64,000 nucleotides of DNA from an uncultured Phycisphaeraceae bacterium (GCA_964484185.1 CAZAEQ010000002.1:144013-208012), one strand, 5' to 3'. Shown: positions 20,027-31,133, numbered from the stretch's first letter. Notes: a model not told the origin generated them from the sequence alone. Numbers and translations are program-made.

Positions 20027-21271
20027 ATGAAGATCCACGAATATCAGGGGCGCGACCTTCTTTCTTCCTATGGCATTTCAGTGCCACAGGGCAAAATGAT
20101 CACAGCGGCTGCAGATGCCGCGGCGGCCTATCGCGAAGTGAGCGGCGGCGTAGCGGGTGGCTTGGTGGTTGTAAAGGCACAGGTACACGCTGGCGGGCGC
20201 GGCAAGGCAGGATTTGTGAAACTGGTTCGCAGCGCTGAGGAGGCGACAACTGCGGCGACATTCATGCTGAGTAATCGCATGAAGAGCCCGCAGACGCCCG
20301 CGGAAGGGTTACAGGTTACGCGGTTGCTGATCGCAAGTGGCGTGGATATTGCGGATCGGGCCGGGGGCGGCAAGGAAGAGTTTTATCTGGCTATTACGCT
20401 TGATCGCGCCACACGCCGCAATGTGTTGATTGCATCGCGAGAAGGTGGCGTTGAAATCGAGCAGATTGCACATGACCGCCCTGAAGCGATTGTGAAAGAG
20501 CGGTTGCATCCGACAGCGGGACTTTTTCCAAGCGCTGCCAAGAAAGTGGCGTTCAATCTGGGATTCAAGGGAAAGCAGATCGGGCAGGCCGCGGACATTA
20601 TGATGAAACTGGCCAAGCTGTATGTCGAGAAGGACTGCTCGCTTGCAGAGATTAACCCGTTGGTAATTACTCCAAAGAGCGAGAAGTTTCCTGATGGCCA
20701 GGTGATCGCGATCGATGCCAAGTTCAATTTCGATGACAGCGGGCTGTTCAGGCACCCGGAATTGACGAGCATGGCGGATAATTCAGAAGAGAACCCGGCG
20801 GAACTGCGGGCCCAGCAGTTTGGGCTTTCGTATGTCGCGCTTGATGGCAATATCGGTTGTCTGGTGAATGGCGCGGGGCTGGCGATGGCGACCATGGACA
20901 TCATCAAGCTTCATGGCGGCGAGCCGGCAAATTTCCTGGATGTCGGAGGTTCGGCGACTGAAGAGGCGGTGACTGAGGCCTTTGGGATCATCCTTTCGGA
21001 TCATCGCTGCAAGGGGATCATGGTCAATATATTCGGCGGCATCATGCGCTGCGATGTGATCGCCCAGGGCATTGTGAACGCCGCGAGCAAGTTCAAGAAC
21101 CCGGATAACTCGATTGGCTTCAAGGTGCCGCTGGTTGTGCGTCTTGAAGGGACCAATGTGCAGGCGGGTCGCAAGTTGCTTGAGGATGCCAAGAGCAAGA
21201 TTCCAACCATGCAGGCGGCGACAGACCTGTCCGATGCGGCGAAAAAAGTGTGCGCTGCGGTCGGAGTCTGA
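20027..21271 (+). CDS. sucC: Succinyl-CoA ligase [ADP-forming] subunit beta (SucC)
   Basis: [23 protein letters not shown]-grasp fold, and the C-terminal CoA-ligase domain [18 protein letters not shown]. Confidence 0.92.
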   Translation: MKIHEYQGRDLLSSYGISVPQGKMITAAADAAAAYREVSGGVAGGLVVVKAQVHAGGRGKAGFVKLVRSAEEATTAATFMLSNRMKSPQTPAEGLQVTRLLIASGVDIADRAGGGKEEFYLAITLDRATRRNVLIASREGGVEIEQIAHDRPEAIVKERLHPTAGLFPSAAKKVAFNLGFKGKQIGQAADIMMKLAKLYVEKDCSLAEINPLVITPKSEKFPDGQVIAIDAKFNFDDSGLFRHPELTSMADNSEENPAELRAQQFGLSYVALDGNIGCLVNGAGLAMATMDIIKLHGGEPANFLDVGGSATEEAVTEAFGIILSDHRCKGIMVNIFGGIMRCDVIAQGIVNAASKFKNPDNSIGFKVPLVVRLEGTNVQAGRKLLEDAKSKIPTMQAATDLSDAAKKVCAAVGV

Positions 21272-21285
21272 ACCACTAAATTACA

Positions 21286-21327
21286 AAAGGCCGAGGCGAT
21301 TGCTTGCCTCGGCCTTCTTTATTTTTG
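21286..21327. terminator. Bidirectional rho-independent terminator between sucC and a convergent small ORF
   Basis: Stem aaggccgaggc / gcctcggcctt with a T-run (ctttatttttg) on the + strand and an A-run upstream on the - strand. Confidence 0.55.
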
Positions 21328-21352
21328 AATCGAACCTGCTTCAAGCCCAGTT

Positions 21353-21607
21353 TCAGGCAGCTCGCGGACCATCATCGGTGCGAGACAGGAACGGGCGGAA
21401 GATTTCATCGTTCTGGCGGGCTGCCTCTGCCATCAATTCGTCTACCCGGGCAAAGGCTCGCTCGACGTTCTCAACCGAATCCAGCTCATCGACATCGCGT
21501 GCCCGGGCAGCGCGGTTGTTCATCAACTGACGAACGGCGTTGACGGGGAACGGGAGAGGATCCAGTTCTTCCCGTGTGTCGGCCGGGTGCAATTTCAATA
21601 GTCGCAT
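21353..21607 (-). CDS. Hypothetical small protein (84 aa)
   Basis: The ORF ends at the bidirectional terminator. No similarity recognised. Confidence 0.3.
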   Translation of the reverse strand: MRLLKLHPADTREELDPLPFPVNAVRQLMNNRAARARDVDELDSVENVERAFARVDELMAEAARQNDEIFRPFLSRTDDGPRAA

Positions 21608-21934
21608 ACGTGTCCTTCCCTAGACTCGCCGCCGATGTGTTACCCGAAGGGTCCTGGCAGCGAAAGACCTTCAAGAGGTCATATCGACACCTTACCAAAG
21701 CCTCTTGGGGATACTTCCTGCATCGCCTGAACTTGCTTTGCCAACCCTTGTCAGAACCGGCAGAACTCGTACAGCTTCCCGAAATTGGCAACTCCACCAG
21801 ACTCCGAGAACCAGATTGGACCGTTCAAAGGCCCATTCGTGACTTCCATATCGGCATGCAGGGTCCGAACTTCAATTTTTGATGGGGGGAAGAATAACCT
21901 ATTTTGTAGTCCGATAATGATTTCGGCAATTATC

Positions 21935-22612
21935 CTACAGCTTTGCGACTGGAACGGACACCTTGGTCTCAGTTCCCGCACGGAGGCGCGCGATATTTGC
22001 GCGGTGAGCTGCGATCACGACCGTTGCCATTGCCAGAGCCACCAGAATAAACGGCCACCCGATTTGTATCGCCCGATTCGGATCGTTGTTGGTTTCCCAG
22101 ATGATGTAGCCAATGAGCGTGTAAATCGGAAGCATTGCCGCACCGACGATCGAACCAACGCTGACGTAGTGGAAGCGCCAGACCATGATCAACCATGTGA
22201 GGAAGACAGTGGCCATGGGGAGCGTCATTGCTGGCCAGAAACCAAGGCAAACTCCCAGCGAAGTTGCAACACCCTTACCGCCCTTGAAATTGAGCCAGGG
22301 GCAGAAGATATGTCCGAGCACCGCGGCGAACCCTACGCCCAGCCAACTGAAGGCAAGAGGCACTGGCATCTCGCGCGTTCCGATGGTTTGAGCCAGCGTG
22401 CCTGAAAATACTACAGGAACAAAGCCTTTGAGTGCATCGAAGATCATGCAGCCGATGCCCCACTTTCGCCCCAAAACGCGCCCGACATTGGTCGCGCCAA
22501 TGTTGCCCGAGCCCTGAGAGCGGATATCTATGCCGCGGAATCTAGCGACAATGAGTCCGGTCGGAATTGAGCCGGAGAGGAAAGCGATGATGTACATCCA
22601 CCAAGGAACCAT
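21935..22612 (-). CDS. plsY: Glycerol-3-phosphate acyltransferase PlsY
   Basis: IAFLSGSIPTGLIVARFRGIDIRSQGSGNIGATNVGRVLGRKWG ... LDALKGFVPV is the PlsY signature. Confidence 0.88.
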   Translation of the reverse strand: MVPWWMYIIAFLSGSIPTGLIVARFRGIDIRSQGSGNIGATNVGRVLGRKWGIGCMIFDALKGFVPVVFSGTLAQTIGTREMPVPLAFSWLGVGFAAVLGHIFCPWLNFKGGKGVATSLGVCLGFWPAMTLPMATVFLTWLIMVWRFHYVSVGSIVGAAMLPIYTLIGYIIWETNNDPNRAIQIGWPFILVALAMATVVIAAHRANIARLRAGTETKVSVPVAKL

Positions 22613-22651
22613 GGGCGGATGATAGAAAGTTCTTAGGCGGCGGGCAGGCTA

Positions 22652-24427
22652 TCAGCCTTTGACTTTGAGAACAACCATTGTTTCATCGTCAGCGCGGGTG
22701 GTCAGACCGGTAAAGCGGCGAAGTTCCCATTGAATGAGATCGACCAGACGCTGGGCGCCGGCATCGGGTTCGGCGTTCAGGATCCGCAGGACCGAGGTGC
22801 GAAGACGGACTCGGCCAAAGCGTTCGCTGGTGAAGTTGCGGGCATCGGTGATTCCATCGGTGTAATTCACCAGGACATCGCCGGGGTGAAGGTCGTAGAT
22901 GCCGCGCTGGTAGCGTTGGTGGGCATCGACGCCGACGGCCATGCCGCCAACGCCAAGTTCATCGACATCGGAATCGACGATTGGCCGGCGCGAACCATCT
23001 GGCTGGGGCGGATTGACGCGGACGATCAGCGGCGGTTCGTGGCCCGCTGAGCAGTAGGTCAGGCGAAGTTTGAGTGGATCAATGACGCCGTACCAGACAG
23101 TGGCGAATTCGCTGGCGTGCGTATCGCGGCACATGGCGGTGTTGACACGTGCCATGACTTCATCAATGTCGTAGAGGTCTTGCACAAAGGCGCGGAGCGA
23201 GGCCCGCACACCGGACATGAGAAGCGCGGCGGCAACGCCCTTGCCAGACACATCGCCGATGGCGATTCCCAGGTGGCCGTTGATTTCGAAAGTGTCGTAG
23301 AAGTCGCCGCCGAGTTCGAGCGAAGGAGTGTATTTGGCAGCGACATCGAGACGCGGAAGTGTGGGAGCGGTGCGCGGAAGCATGCGACGCTGGACATCGG
23401 CGGCGAGGGCGAGTTGGCGCTGAGCGCGGCGTTCTTCTTCCTGAAAGCGCATCAAGCGAGACTGTTCGATTGCGACCGCAGCTTGCTCGGCAATTGATTT
23501 GAGGAGCCGCTTTTCCTGTTCAGTGAATGTGCGCGGGGTGCGGGAATAGAGGCGAATAACGCCAATCGGATGATTCTGGAAGATCAGGCCTGCGTTGATA
23601 GCAGCTGACAGACCCTCGTTTGCAACACGGTCAGTAATAAGCACGCGCGGGTCTTTGAGCAGATCGTGAGATGTGACCACTTCGCCCTTAAGCGCTAGAG
23701 AATCAAAGAGACGGTCTTTACTTACTGGAAGCGGACATCGAAGCCATTCGCTTGAAAGTCCTCGCCAGGCGATGTGTTTGAGATCTGCTTCATCGGTTGA
23801 GAGCACTCCATCTGCATCTTCTTTGAGCAAGACGATGTTGCCTGCATCGAGGAACAAGACATCGAGAGCGGAATCAAGCGCCATCGACATGATGCGATCA
23901 ACGCTGTCGGCGCGGGAGAGCATCGCGTTGAGCTTGTGAAGCGCAGAAAGCTCGCGGACGCGATCTTTCAATTCGCTCTCAAAGCCGATCAGTTCGGCCG
24001 AAGCGCGGCTTAACAACTCGACCACGCGATGGAGCCCAGAGCGGGCATCGGTGGTGAGAAGCGGCTCGCCGGGACGGATGACAAGCGAGCCAATTGTGTC
24101 CGAGCCAAGTTTCAGCGGAAAGTAAGTGGCGGCCGGATCTGCACCTTGACCATCTTCAAATGCCTGCCACGACTTGCCGCCACCATGTGCGGGCTTTATG
24201 AGTCTTCCTTTGGAATCACGCAGTTCTACAGACACGCCGGTGAGGCGCGTGAGTTCACTGACGAGCGAGGCCAGTGAACCATCGGTCATGAAATCGGTAA
24301 CATCAGGATCGGAGGCAACCGGAGGGTTCGGCACTGCGGGGCTGACATGCGATGGAACCTCGACCTGAAGCGGGGCCGGGGACGTAAGTGAGGAGTTGGG
24401 CGGGTTGGTTGACATGATCTTGTGCAA
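22652..24427 (-). CDS. GAF-domain-containing PP2C/SpoIIE-family serine phosphatase (RsbU-like)
   Basis: Two GAF-like regions followed by a PP2C domain (GDFYDTFEINGHLGIAIGDVSGKGVAAALLMSGVRASLRAF ... VNYTDGITDARN). Confidence 0.85.
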   Translation of the reverse strand: MHKIMSTNPPNSSLTSPAPLQVEVPSHVSPAVPNPPVASDPDVTDFMTDGSLASLVSELTRLTGVSVELRDSKGRLIKPAHGGGKSWQAFEDGQGADPAATYFPLKLGSDTIGSLVIRPGEPLLTTDARSGLHRVVELLSRASAELIGFESELKDRVRELSALHKLNAMLSRADSVDRIMSMALDSALDVLFLDAGNIVLLKEDADGVLSTDEADLKHIAWRGLSSEWLRCPLPVSKDRLFDSLALKGEVVTSHDLLKDPRVLITDRVANEGLSAAINAGLIFQNHPIGVIRLYSRTPRTFTEQEKRLLKSIAEQAAVAIEQSRLMRFQEEERRAQRQLALAADVQRRMLPRTAPTLPRLDVAAKYTPSLELGGDFYDTFEINGHLGIAIGDVSGKGVAAALLMSGVRASLRAFVQDLYDIDEVMARVNTAMCRDTHASEFATVWYGVIDPLKLRLTYCSAGHEPPLIVRVNPPQPDGSRRPIVDSDVDELGVGGMAVGVDAHQRYQRGIYDLHPGDVLVNYTDGITDARNFTSERFGRVRLRTSVLRILNAEPDAGAQRLVDLIQWELRRFTGLTTRADDETMVVLKVKG

Positions 24428-24548
24428 TCGTTGACTAGATAAGCCCAGAAGTCGCTTGCAAGCGGTTCAGAATCGAACAAATTGCTATCAGGTTAGAAGG
24501 TTTTATAGAACAAATGGCCTATTGGCCGACATTCTCGGATGCTTGTGG

Positions 24549-26156
24549 TTATCGGGCGTTCCAGAGTACATTGAGAAGCTCGACCAGTCTGGCCTCTGCA
24601 ACTGCCTCAGGAGAGTCTTTTGGAAGCGTGGCCGCATACTTCTCCAATGAACCTAAGCCAGCGGCGAGGTCGGCTTTTCCCTCTTCGCCACACTGGCGAC
24701 CAAGATACGCAAGTACTAACGCAGTGTCGGGCGTGGCGCCATCGGCAACCTGGCCCCGCAGCTTTTCACGAAGTGCTCCCACTCGATCCTGGCCACCCAT
24801 CAACTTCAGGTCGTAGGTCATTCCCAAGACTTCAGGATGTTCCATAATCAGACGCCGAAGATTCATTCCAGCAGAGACTTTCATCCCCGCGCCAATCTGG
24901 GAATGCAACCGCCCCACCATCGCCGACAGATCACCGGCCCGTGAGTTGAGCGCCAGCGCGTAGCGTTCCTCGGCATCAAAGAAACGCTGAGAGGTCAGCA
25001 GCTTTTCTCCCTCGGTCATGTACTTGCTGTAAAGATCGGCCGGAGCCGGGGTCTTTAAGATTGGTATCAGAGTGTCAGCTTTCGCCCCGGCGTCTTTGAT
25101 AGCCGCGAGAGTGTTTCTATCAAGTTGGGGGACCGGCATTGGGATGGAAGGCGTTGTGCCTGTGGGTGTTGTGCCTGGCGGGGGTGCATCTTTCACCAGT
25201 GGCCGCGTCGCCTTGCGGGGAAGCAAGGCATTTCGAATTTCTGACAACTGCCTGTCGATCGAACCCAGAGGATCGGTCGCGGTCGGCTGAGTTGTATCCG
25301 CGGGTTTGGAGTTGTCTTTTTCAGTCGCTTTTTCATTGGCCTTTTCGAGGCTTTTTTTCAGGCGATCGCGACTTTGATCAAAAGGCGATATGCCCAAATC
25401 AAAGGTCAAATCAAGCGGTTGCGATGCGCCTGGAACCGCGGCATTGGCGCCTTTATTACTTGCTTGTTCCTTTGCCGCGTTTGTTGCGGCAGTCCATGGT
25501 TGATAGTGAAGACCGGTGAGCCCACTTGCAAAGAGCCGCTCGTAGGTTCCTGCGGTTGGTTGACGCATCCCAATGACCGCGGGGCGAAGCGTGCGTTCTG
25601 CGGCGAATGTTGCGCTTGAACGCAAGGAACCAGTAATGAGCGAAGCCTCTGGATGTATTGATTCAACGGGCCGCGCGATCGCCCCCTCGCCACGATTGAC
25701 GATCTGACCTGGAATTGCAGCTACGTTTCCAGAGGTCATCGAGAACTGGTACTGCAAAGAGTCGATGCCGCGGATTCCGACACCAGCTGCACCCGAAGCA
25801 AGTGAATCGCGACGGAACGCAAAGAGATCATCGGAGCCGAGCCGGCCGCGGAAGTCCATGGGGTCTGTGTAGCCGGCATTGCCGCGGAATGCGACGCCGC
25901 CGGGGGCGTTGCCGGTGATGATGGCATTGCGAAAGCGTACTTCCGCGGCGATATCCCGATAGGTCCCAGGCGCGGGCGTTCCAGTCCCAGGGACGCGAAG
26001 ATCGCGCTGCAAGCCGGGGCTGTTGTGCTGCAGGCCTGGACTATTTTTTTGCAAACCAGTGCCGTCACCCAAGGGGCTGTTTTGAGCAAGCGTACTGGAT
26101 GCGAAACCGGCGATGAACGCCAGTGCAAGGGCAGAGGTTTTGAAAGTGGTGGACAT
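24549..26156 (-). CDS. Secreted hypothetical protein (signal peptide; helical, TPR-like C-terminal region)
   Basis: Signal peptide MSTTFKTSALALAFIAGFASSTLAQ. No catalytic motifs. Confidence 0.5.
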   Translation of the reverse strand: MSTTFKTSALALAFIAGFASSTLAQNSPLGDGTGLQKNSPGLQHNSPGLQRDLRVPGTGTPAPGTYRDIAAEVRFRNAIITGNAPGGVAFRGNAGYTDPMDFRGRLGSDDLFAFRRDSLASGAAGVGIRGIDSLQYQFSMTSGNVAAIPGQIVNRGEGAIARPVESIHPEASLITGSLRSSATFAAERTLRPAVIGMRQPTAGTYERLFASGLTGLHYQPWTAATNAAKEQASNKGANAAVPGASQPLDLTFDLGISPFDQSRDRLKKSLEKANEKATEKDNSKPADTTQPTATDPLGSIDRQLSEIRNALLPRKATRPLVKDAPPPGTTPTGTTPSIPMPVPQLDRNTLAAIKDAGAKADTLIPILKTPAPADLYSKYMTEGEKLLTSQRFFDAEERYALALNSRAGDLSAMVGRLHSQIGAGMKVSAGMNLRRLIMEHPEVLGMTYDLKLMGGQDRVGALREKLRGQVADGATPDTALVLAYLGRQCGEEGKADLAAGLGSLEKYAATLPKDSPEAVAEARLVELLNVLWNAR

Positions 26157-26237
26157 AAGGCCTCCGATCCAATTCGGCGAGAGCGCGGAATCCGCGCACT
26201 TTGCCTACTTGGTAGACGCTTCATATCGGCTGAAGGT

Positions 26238-27335
26238 TCACGATTCGGAGAGTTTGAGGAGGGCAACTACCTGTTTGGAGGTCAGGGAAACATCCGCGCC
26301 GACGAAAGTGACATGGCCGAGTTTGCGGCCTTCGCGCGGTTCCTTGCCATAAAGATGGATGTTTGCGCCAGGAAGACCCGCCAGGAGTGCAGGAGATGGA
26401 TGACTGCCTATGAGATTCACCATCGCCGCGTGACCGCGGGACGAGGAATCACCAAGCGAGAGGCCCATGATCGCACGAATGTGGTTTTCAAATTGGCTTG
26501 TGACGGCACCTTCGATGGTCCAGTGGCCGGTGTTGTGGACTCTTGGTGCAAACTCATTTGGGACCAGCTTGACACCCTCGGGAGTGTGGATTTCGAACAT
26601 TTCAATCGCGAGCGTGCCGCAGTAATCGAGTTTTTCGAGAAGTGCGGCAATTCGATCGCGGGCGAACTTCTCAACTTCACGTGAAACAAGGGCAGGGGCC
26701 TGAGAGAGAGAGAGGATGCCGCTGGTATGGGTGTTTTCGACGATTGAATAAAAGACGGTGTTTGCACGAGAGCGGCAGGCGATGATGGAAAGCTCTCGGG
26801 AGAATGGCACGAACGATTCAAGAATTGCTTCGCGGCAGCCAATTGCCGTCCATGCAGCGGCAGCATCATCTGCAGAGCGCAGGACCGCTTGACCCTTGCC
26901 GTCATATCCGCCGCGACGACACTTGAGCACTGAGGGGACGCCAATTCTGGCAATTGCAGCGGCGAGATCTGCCGGGTTGTTCACTAGCGCAAATGGGGGC
27001 ACATCGAAGCCGATTTCTGTGAAGATCGCTTTTTCTGCGGCACGGTCCTGACCTGTCGTCAGCGATTTGACGTTGGGGTGTGTCTTTACACGCGCTGCAC
27101 AAAACTCGAGCGTCTCTGCGGGAACATTCTCAAATTCAAAAGTGCAAACATCCAGGCCTTCAGAAAAACGGGCAAGCGCCTCAAAATCGTTCCAAGGCGC
27201 GTTTACACACTCACCCACCGCAGAGGCTGGGCCGCCGGGCACCGGGTCATAGAAACGAAAGCGGGCACCGAGGCTGATTCCAGCCTGGCCCAGCATTTGC
27301 CCGAGTTGTCCGGCACCGAGTACACCGATGAGCAT
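26238..27335 (-). CDS. purK: N5-carboxyaminoimidazole ribonucleotide synthase PurK
   Basis: N-terminus MLIGVLGAGQLGQML and ATP-grasp motifs (KCRRGGYDGKGQAVL, PRVHNTGHWT). Start placed at the internal ATG that aligns with the canonical PurK N-terminus. Confidence 0.88.
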   Translation of the reverse strand: MLIGVLGAGQLGQMLGQAGISLGARFRFYDPVPGGPASAVGECVNAPWNDFEALARFSEGLDVCTFEFENVPAETLEFCAARVKTHPNVKSLTTGQDRAAEKAIFTEIGFDVPPFALVNNPADLAAAIARIGVPSVLKCRRGGYDGKGQAVLRSADDAAAAWTAIGCREAILESFVPFSRELSIIACRSRANTVFYSIVENTHTSGILSLSQAPALVSREVEKFARDRIAALLEKLDYCGTLAIEMFEIHTPEGVKLVPNEFAPRVHNTGHWTIEGAVTSQFENHIRAIMGLSLGDSSSRGHAAMVNLIGSHPSPALLAGLPGANIHLYGKEPREGRKLGHVTFVGADVSLTSKQVVALLKLSES

Positions 27336-27462
27336 GGGCACAGGATAACCCGGTGGCGGATGCGGCAGGGGCGATGCGACACTTCCATGCCACGTATCTG
27401 TAACAATCCGAGAAAGGTCGTCCAGGACCGAACTTCTCGTTTCGGCATGCATCTAATTCCAC

Positions 27463-28668
27463 ATGCTGACTACTTCCACAGCCATCGTTGCCGCCGTGCT
27501 TGCTGTTTCGCCCGCCAAGACCGATCCGGCCGCGGCCAAGTCGCTCGGAACCGCCTCTGAACAATTCACTGTTGACCTGCTCAAAGTGCTTAGGCAAGAC
27601 AAGGGAAATACATTTTTCTCGCCGTACTCGATTCAGACAGCGATGTGGATGGCTGGCAGCGGCGGAAAGGGCGCAACACAGGATGAGATTCGCAAGGGTC
27701 TTCATCTGGGCAAAGATGCGAACAGAGCCTTCAGCGAGCTCAGCGAGATACTCAAACGCGCAACAACAGAAAAGAAGCCGGACTGGGCAGATGACAGTTG
27801 GAAACCACTGACGGTTCGGAGCGCCAATCGGCTATGGCATTCCGATGGCTTCACGATTCATAAGTCGTACACGACCATGCTGAAACAGGATTTCTCGGCC
27901 GATGCTGAAGAGGTGCATTTTCAGAATCCATCCAAGGCGGCCAAGACAATCAACTCCTGGATCAGCGATGCCACTGAAAAGCGAATTCCGAACTTGCTTT
28001 CCCCAACAGCAATTCCGCCGCAGGGCCTGATACTCACCAACGCTGTATATTTCAAAGGGAAATGGGGGCATGAGTTTTCGACGCTCAAGAGCGTGAAATT
28101 CACCACCGGCGACGGCAAAGAGATCACGCCCGAAGGGATGATGAACAGTTCAGGCTATGAGTACCAGAAACTCAACAGCGCGCAGGTTGTGCGGCTGTAT
28201 TACCAGGGCGATGCCTCAATGACCATCATACTTCCCGATACGGGAAAATTTGAGAAAGTGCTGGAGAAGCTGGAGCTGTCAACCATCAAGCCCACCATGA
28301 TTGGTCGCGACATTGTCGTCACCATGCCCAAGTTCAAGACCAGTCAGCATTCGAGCATTGCGCCGGCACTGCAAAAACTCGGGATCACCACAGCATTTGA
28401 CTCATCGAATGCAGATTTCACCGGGATTACCGACATGAAGCCCGCGTACATTTCTGATGTCATTCACGCGGCCAACATTGATGTTGATCAATATGGGACT
28501 GAGGCGGCCGCTGCTACCGCGGTCATGATGACCGTTGGTGCGCCCGCAGGCGCGCCCCCCAAGCCACTTTACTTTACTGTTGACCGCCCGTTCATTTTCT
28601 ACATTTCCAACACGAACAGCGGCACGATTCTCTTCGCCGGAATCATCACCGATCCAACCGCCAAATAG
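27463..28668 (+). CDS. Serpin-family serine protease inhibitor, probably secreted
   Basis: N-terminal serpin helix region (FTVDLLKVL...NTFFSPYSIQTAMWMAGSG), a reactive-centre-loop region, and the C-terminal FTVDRPFIFYI serpin signature. Signal-peptide-like N-terminus. Confidence 0.88.
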   Translation: MLTTSTAIVAAVLAVSPAKTDPAAAKSLGTASEQFTVDLLKVLRQDKGNTFFSPYSIQTAMWMAGSGGKGATQDEIRKGLHLGKDANRAFSELSEILKRATTEKKPDWADDSWKPLTVRSANRLWHSDGFTIHKSYTTMLKQDFSADAEEVHFQNPSKAAKTINSWISDATEKRIPNLLSPTAIPPQGLILTNAVYFKGKWGHEFSTLKSVKFTTGDGKEITPEGMMNSSGYEYQKLNSAQVVRLYYQGDASMTIILPDTGKFEKVLEKLELSTIKPTMIGRDIVVTMPKFKTSQHSSIAPALQKLGITTAFDSSNADFTGITDMKPAYISDVIHAANIDVDQYGTEAAAATAVMMTVGAPAGAPPKPLYFTVDRPFIFYISNTNSGTILFAGIITDPTAK

Positions 28669-28671
28669 GGT

Positions 28672-29187
28672 CTATTTGCCGCGGGGATCGCGGTGTTGCA
28701 ATACTTCCTCTGTGCGTTTGGTTCGCATTTGAGTCAGTCGCGCAAGGACTCCAGAGTCGCTCAATCCCAGAATAGATGCAGCCAGCAGCGCTGCGTTGAT
28801 AGCGCCTGCCTTGCCAATGGCAAGCGTTCCAACCGGAACGCCGCCGGGCATCTGAACGATCGAAAGCAGCGAGTCCATTCCGTGAAGGGTCTTGCTCTCG
28901 ACGGGAACTCCCAGCACCGGGAGCATGGTTTTGCTCGAGCACATTCCCGGCAGGTGCGCTGCGCCGCCTGCGCCCGCGATGATGACTTTCAAGCCGCGGG
29001 ATTGAGCGGTAGATGCGTACTCAAAGAGCCAATCGGGGGTTCGATGTGCGGACACCACCTGGCATTCGTGGGGAATATCGAGTTCGGCGAGCGTCTCACT
29101 GGCGTGCTGCATGGTGTCCCAGTCTGACTGAGAACCCATGATGACACCGACAACCGGCCCGGCCGAGATAGTTTTTTTCTGATTCAT
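28672..29187 (-). CDS. purE: N5-carboxyaminoimidazole ribonucleotide mutase PurE
   Basis: [23 protein letters not shown]...VVSAHRTPD...[18 protein letters not shown]. Start at the internal ATG (MNQKK), giving 171 aa. Confidence 0.9.
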   Translation of the reverse strand: MNQKKTISAGPVVGVIMGSQSDWDTMQHASETLAELDIPHECQVVSAHRTPDWLFEYASTAQSRGLKVIIAGAGGAAHLPGMCSSKTMLPVLGVPVESKTLHGMDSLLSIVQMPGGVPVGTLAIGKAGAINAALLAASILGLSDSGVLARLTQMRTKRTEEVLQHRDPRGK

Positions 29188-29278
29188 TCGAACGATTATA
29201 TCAATTGAAGGAAGCACGCGCGGCCACACGACGAAGCTGAAGCAAGTACAATGGCGCGATTGCAACTGAAATACGCGG

Positions 29279-31060
29279 TTGCCGAATAACGGTGCGCGGC
29301 AAGAAGTGCCGCGAAAGGGGGCTCCTTTGGCAATTCTTGTGCTATTTGTGTCGGTCGTTCTTGCTCTTGGTCTGCTTGTATTGACGGTCAAGGTGGAATC
29401 AGTCAAACTCAAAGGCCTGATGGGAATTGGCGCACTGGCCATTGTGCTGCTGGGTGCGCTGCTCGCTTCCATTCGATTTGTCAGCGCCAACGAAGTGGGC
29501 ATTATTTCCAAGAACGCGTTTGGCGCAAACCTGAAAAATGGTCAGATCATCGCGACCAACGGCGAAATGGGTGTCCAGGCCAACGTGCTCGCTCCAGGCT
29601 GGCACTTTGGGTATTGGCCATTTATCTACAGCGTGAAGTCTGAAGCGTTGACACAGATTAAAAACGATGAAGTTGGCTTGATTGAGGCAGCAGATGGAAC
29701 GCCACTGACTGCTGGCCAGCTGTTCGCCCCCGAATTTTCGCCCGCCGAGTTCCAGAAGATGCTCGATGCCGAATATTTTCTGACAACGGGAAAAGGAAGT
29801 AAGGGCAAGCAGACCTCCGTTCTCACGCCGGGCACATATCGATTGAACACCGCGCTCTACAAGATACACACCGTGAAGCAAACCGAAGTGCTTGCTGGCG
29901 AAGTCGCAGTGCTCAAGAGCAATTTCGGCACGCCCGCAACCATGCTTGTGAAACTCGACAATGGCATTGTTGTTCCCGTTGACGACAAGACCCCTGATGA
30001 AGCGGTCGTCCGCTTTGCACGAACAGGAGAAATGGGCGTACTGGGCGACCCGTTGCCGCCCGGCAAGTACGCACTGAACACCGATGCATTTACGGTCACG
30101 GTCATCTGGACGACGGAAATGCCGGCGCATTACACCCGGACACACGCCGGGACCCTGAATGCCGCGGATGTTGACGCGCGACGCAGTTCGACACCGGCCG
30201 GTCCAAGTTCAGGAGGAGACGACCGGGAAATCAACGTGATTACCTCTGATGGATTCCGATTCCCAGTTGATGTCAGCGTGACCTATTCGATTCCTTCCTC
30301 CGCCGCGGCGTATGTCGTCGCCAAACTGGGCGATGATGAGGGGGACCGATTCAAGAACGCGCTCAACTCCGCCGTGCGTTCGGTGTTCCGCAATAACGCG
30401 GAAAAAGTGAAGGCACTCGACTATGTCAACATGCGCTCCACCCAGGAATCGCAATCATTGCTCATGCTGACCGAAGAAATGTCGCGCTATGGCGTCAAGG
30501 TCGCCAGTGTGAGAATCCGCGATGTGGGCGGCGATCAAAAGACCATCGAAGCCCTGCTAAAGACTCAAACCGATCGAGAAATCGCCAAGCAGGAACTTAT
30601 TACGTTTAAGGAGCAGGAAAAGACCGCGGAGCAAAAGAAGACGTTGACAAAGGTCACGCAGGAATCTGAAGAAGAAAGAAAGCTCGCAACCGCGGCGTAC
30701 TCGGTGAAGATCGCGACCGAGGAACAAAAGCGCAAGCTCGTCGAGGCCGAAGCTGAAGCACAGTCAACCACAATCAAAGCACTTGCCCAGGCAAAGGCAT
30801 ATGAGAGCATCGCCAAGCAGATTGGAAAATCGAACGCAGCGCTGATGGAAGTGCTGAAAATCATCGGCGAAAAGAACATTGTTATTACGCCGCGGATCAT
30901 GATGAATGGAAGCGGTGTGCGAACCAACGCTAGCGCCGGTGCGGGAGATGCAGAAATGACAGCGCTGATTGGAACCATGCTCGACTCGATGATGTCGAGA
31001 GAAGAGGACAAGGAGGCGGCGAAGTCGACTGTGGCTCCAAAGAGCGACGAGAAGAAGTAG
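29279..31060 (+). CDS. SPFH/band-7 flotillin-like membrane protein
   Basis: N-terminal TM helices, an SPFH-like domain, and a long Glu/Lys/Ala-rich coiled-coil C-terminus ([42 protein letters not shown]). Confidence 0.7.
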   Translation: MPNNGARQEVPRKGAPLAILVLFVSVVLALGLLVLTVKVESVKLKGLMGIGALAIVLLGALLASIRFVSANEVGIISKNAFGANLKNGQIIATNGEMGVQANVLAPGWHFGYWPFIYSVKSEALTQIKNDEVGLIEAADGTPLTAGQLFAPEFSPAEFQKMLDAEYFLTTGKGSKGKQTSVLTPGTYRLNTALYKIHTVKQTEVLAGEVAVLKSNFGTPATMLVKLDNGIVVPVDDKTPDEAVVRFARTGEMGVLGDPLPPGKYALNTDAFTVTVIWTTEMPAHYTRTHAGTLNAADVDARRSSTPAGPSSGGDDREINVITSDGFRFPVDVSVTYSIPSSAAAYVVAKLGDDEGDRFKNALNSAVRSVFRNNAEKVKALDYVNMRSTQESQSLLMLTEEMSRYGVKVASVRIRDVGGDQKTIEALLKTQTDREIAKQELITFKEQEKTAEQKKTLTKVTQESEEERKLATAAYSVKIATEEQKRKLVEAEAEAQSTTIKALAQAKAYESIAKQIGKSNAALMEVLKIIGEKNIVITPRIMMNGSGVRTNASAGAGDAEMTALIGTMLDSMMSREEDKEAAKSTVAPKSDEKK

Positions 31061-31087
31061 TCGCCTTACAACATCTTAAAAATGAAA

Positions 31088-31122
31088 CGGCCCTCGCACG
31101 ATTGCGAGGGCCGTTGTTTTTC
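31088..31122 (+). terminator. Rho-independent terminator after the flotillin-like gene
   Basis: Stem cggccctcgca / tgcgagggccg followed by ttgttttt. Confidence 0.6.
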
Positions 31123-31133
31123 GCAGAATGCGT

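Noticed and set aside
21785-22405. 206-codon plus-strand ORF.
   Set aside because: It is antisense to the well-supported plsY gene. Its translation is Cys/His/Arg-rich and resembles nothing known.
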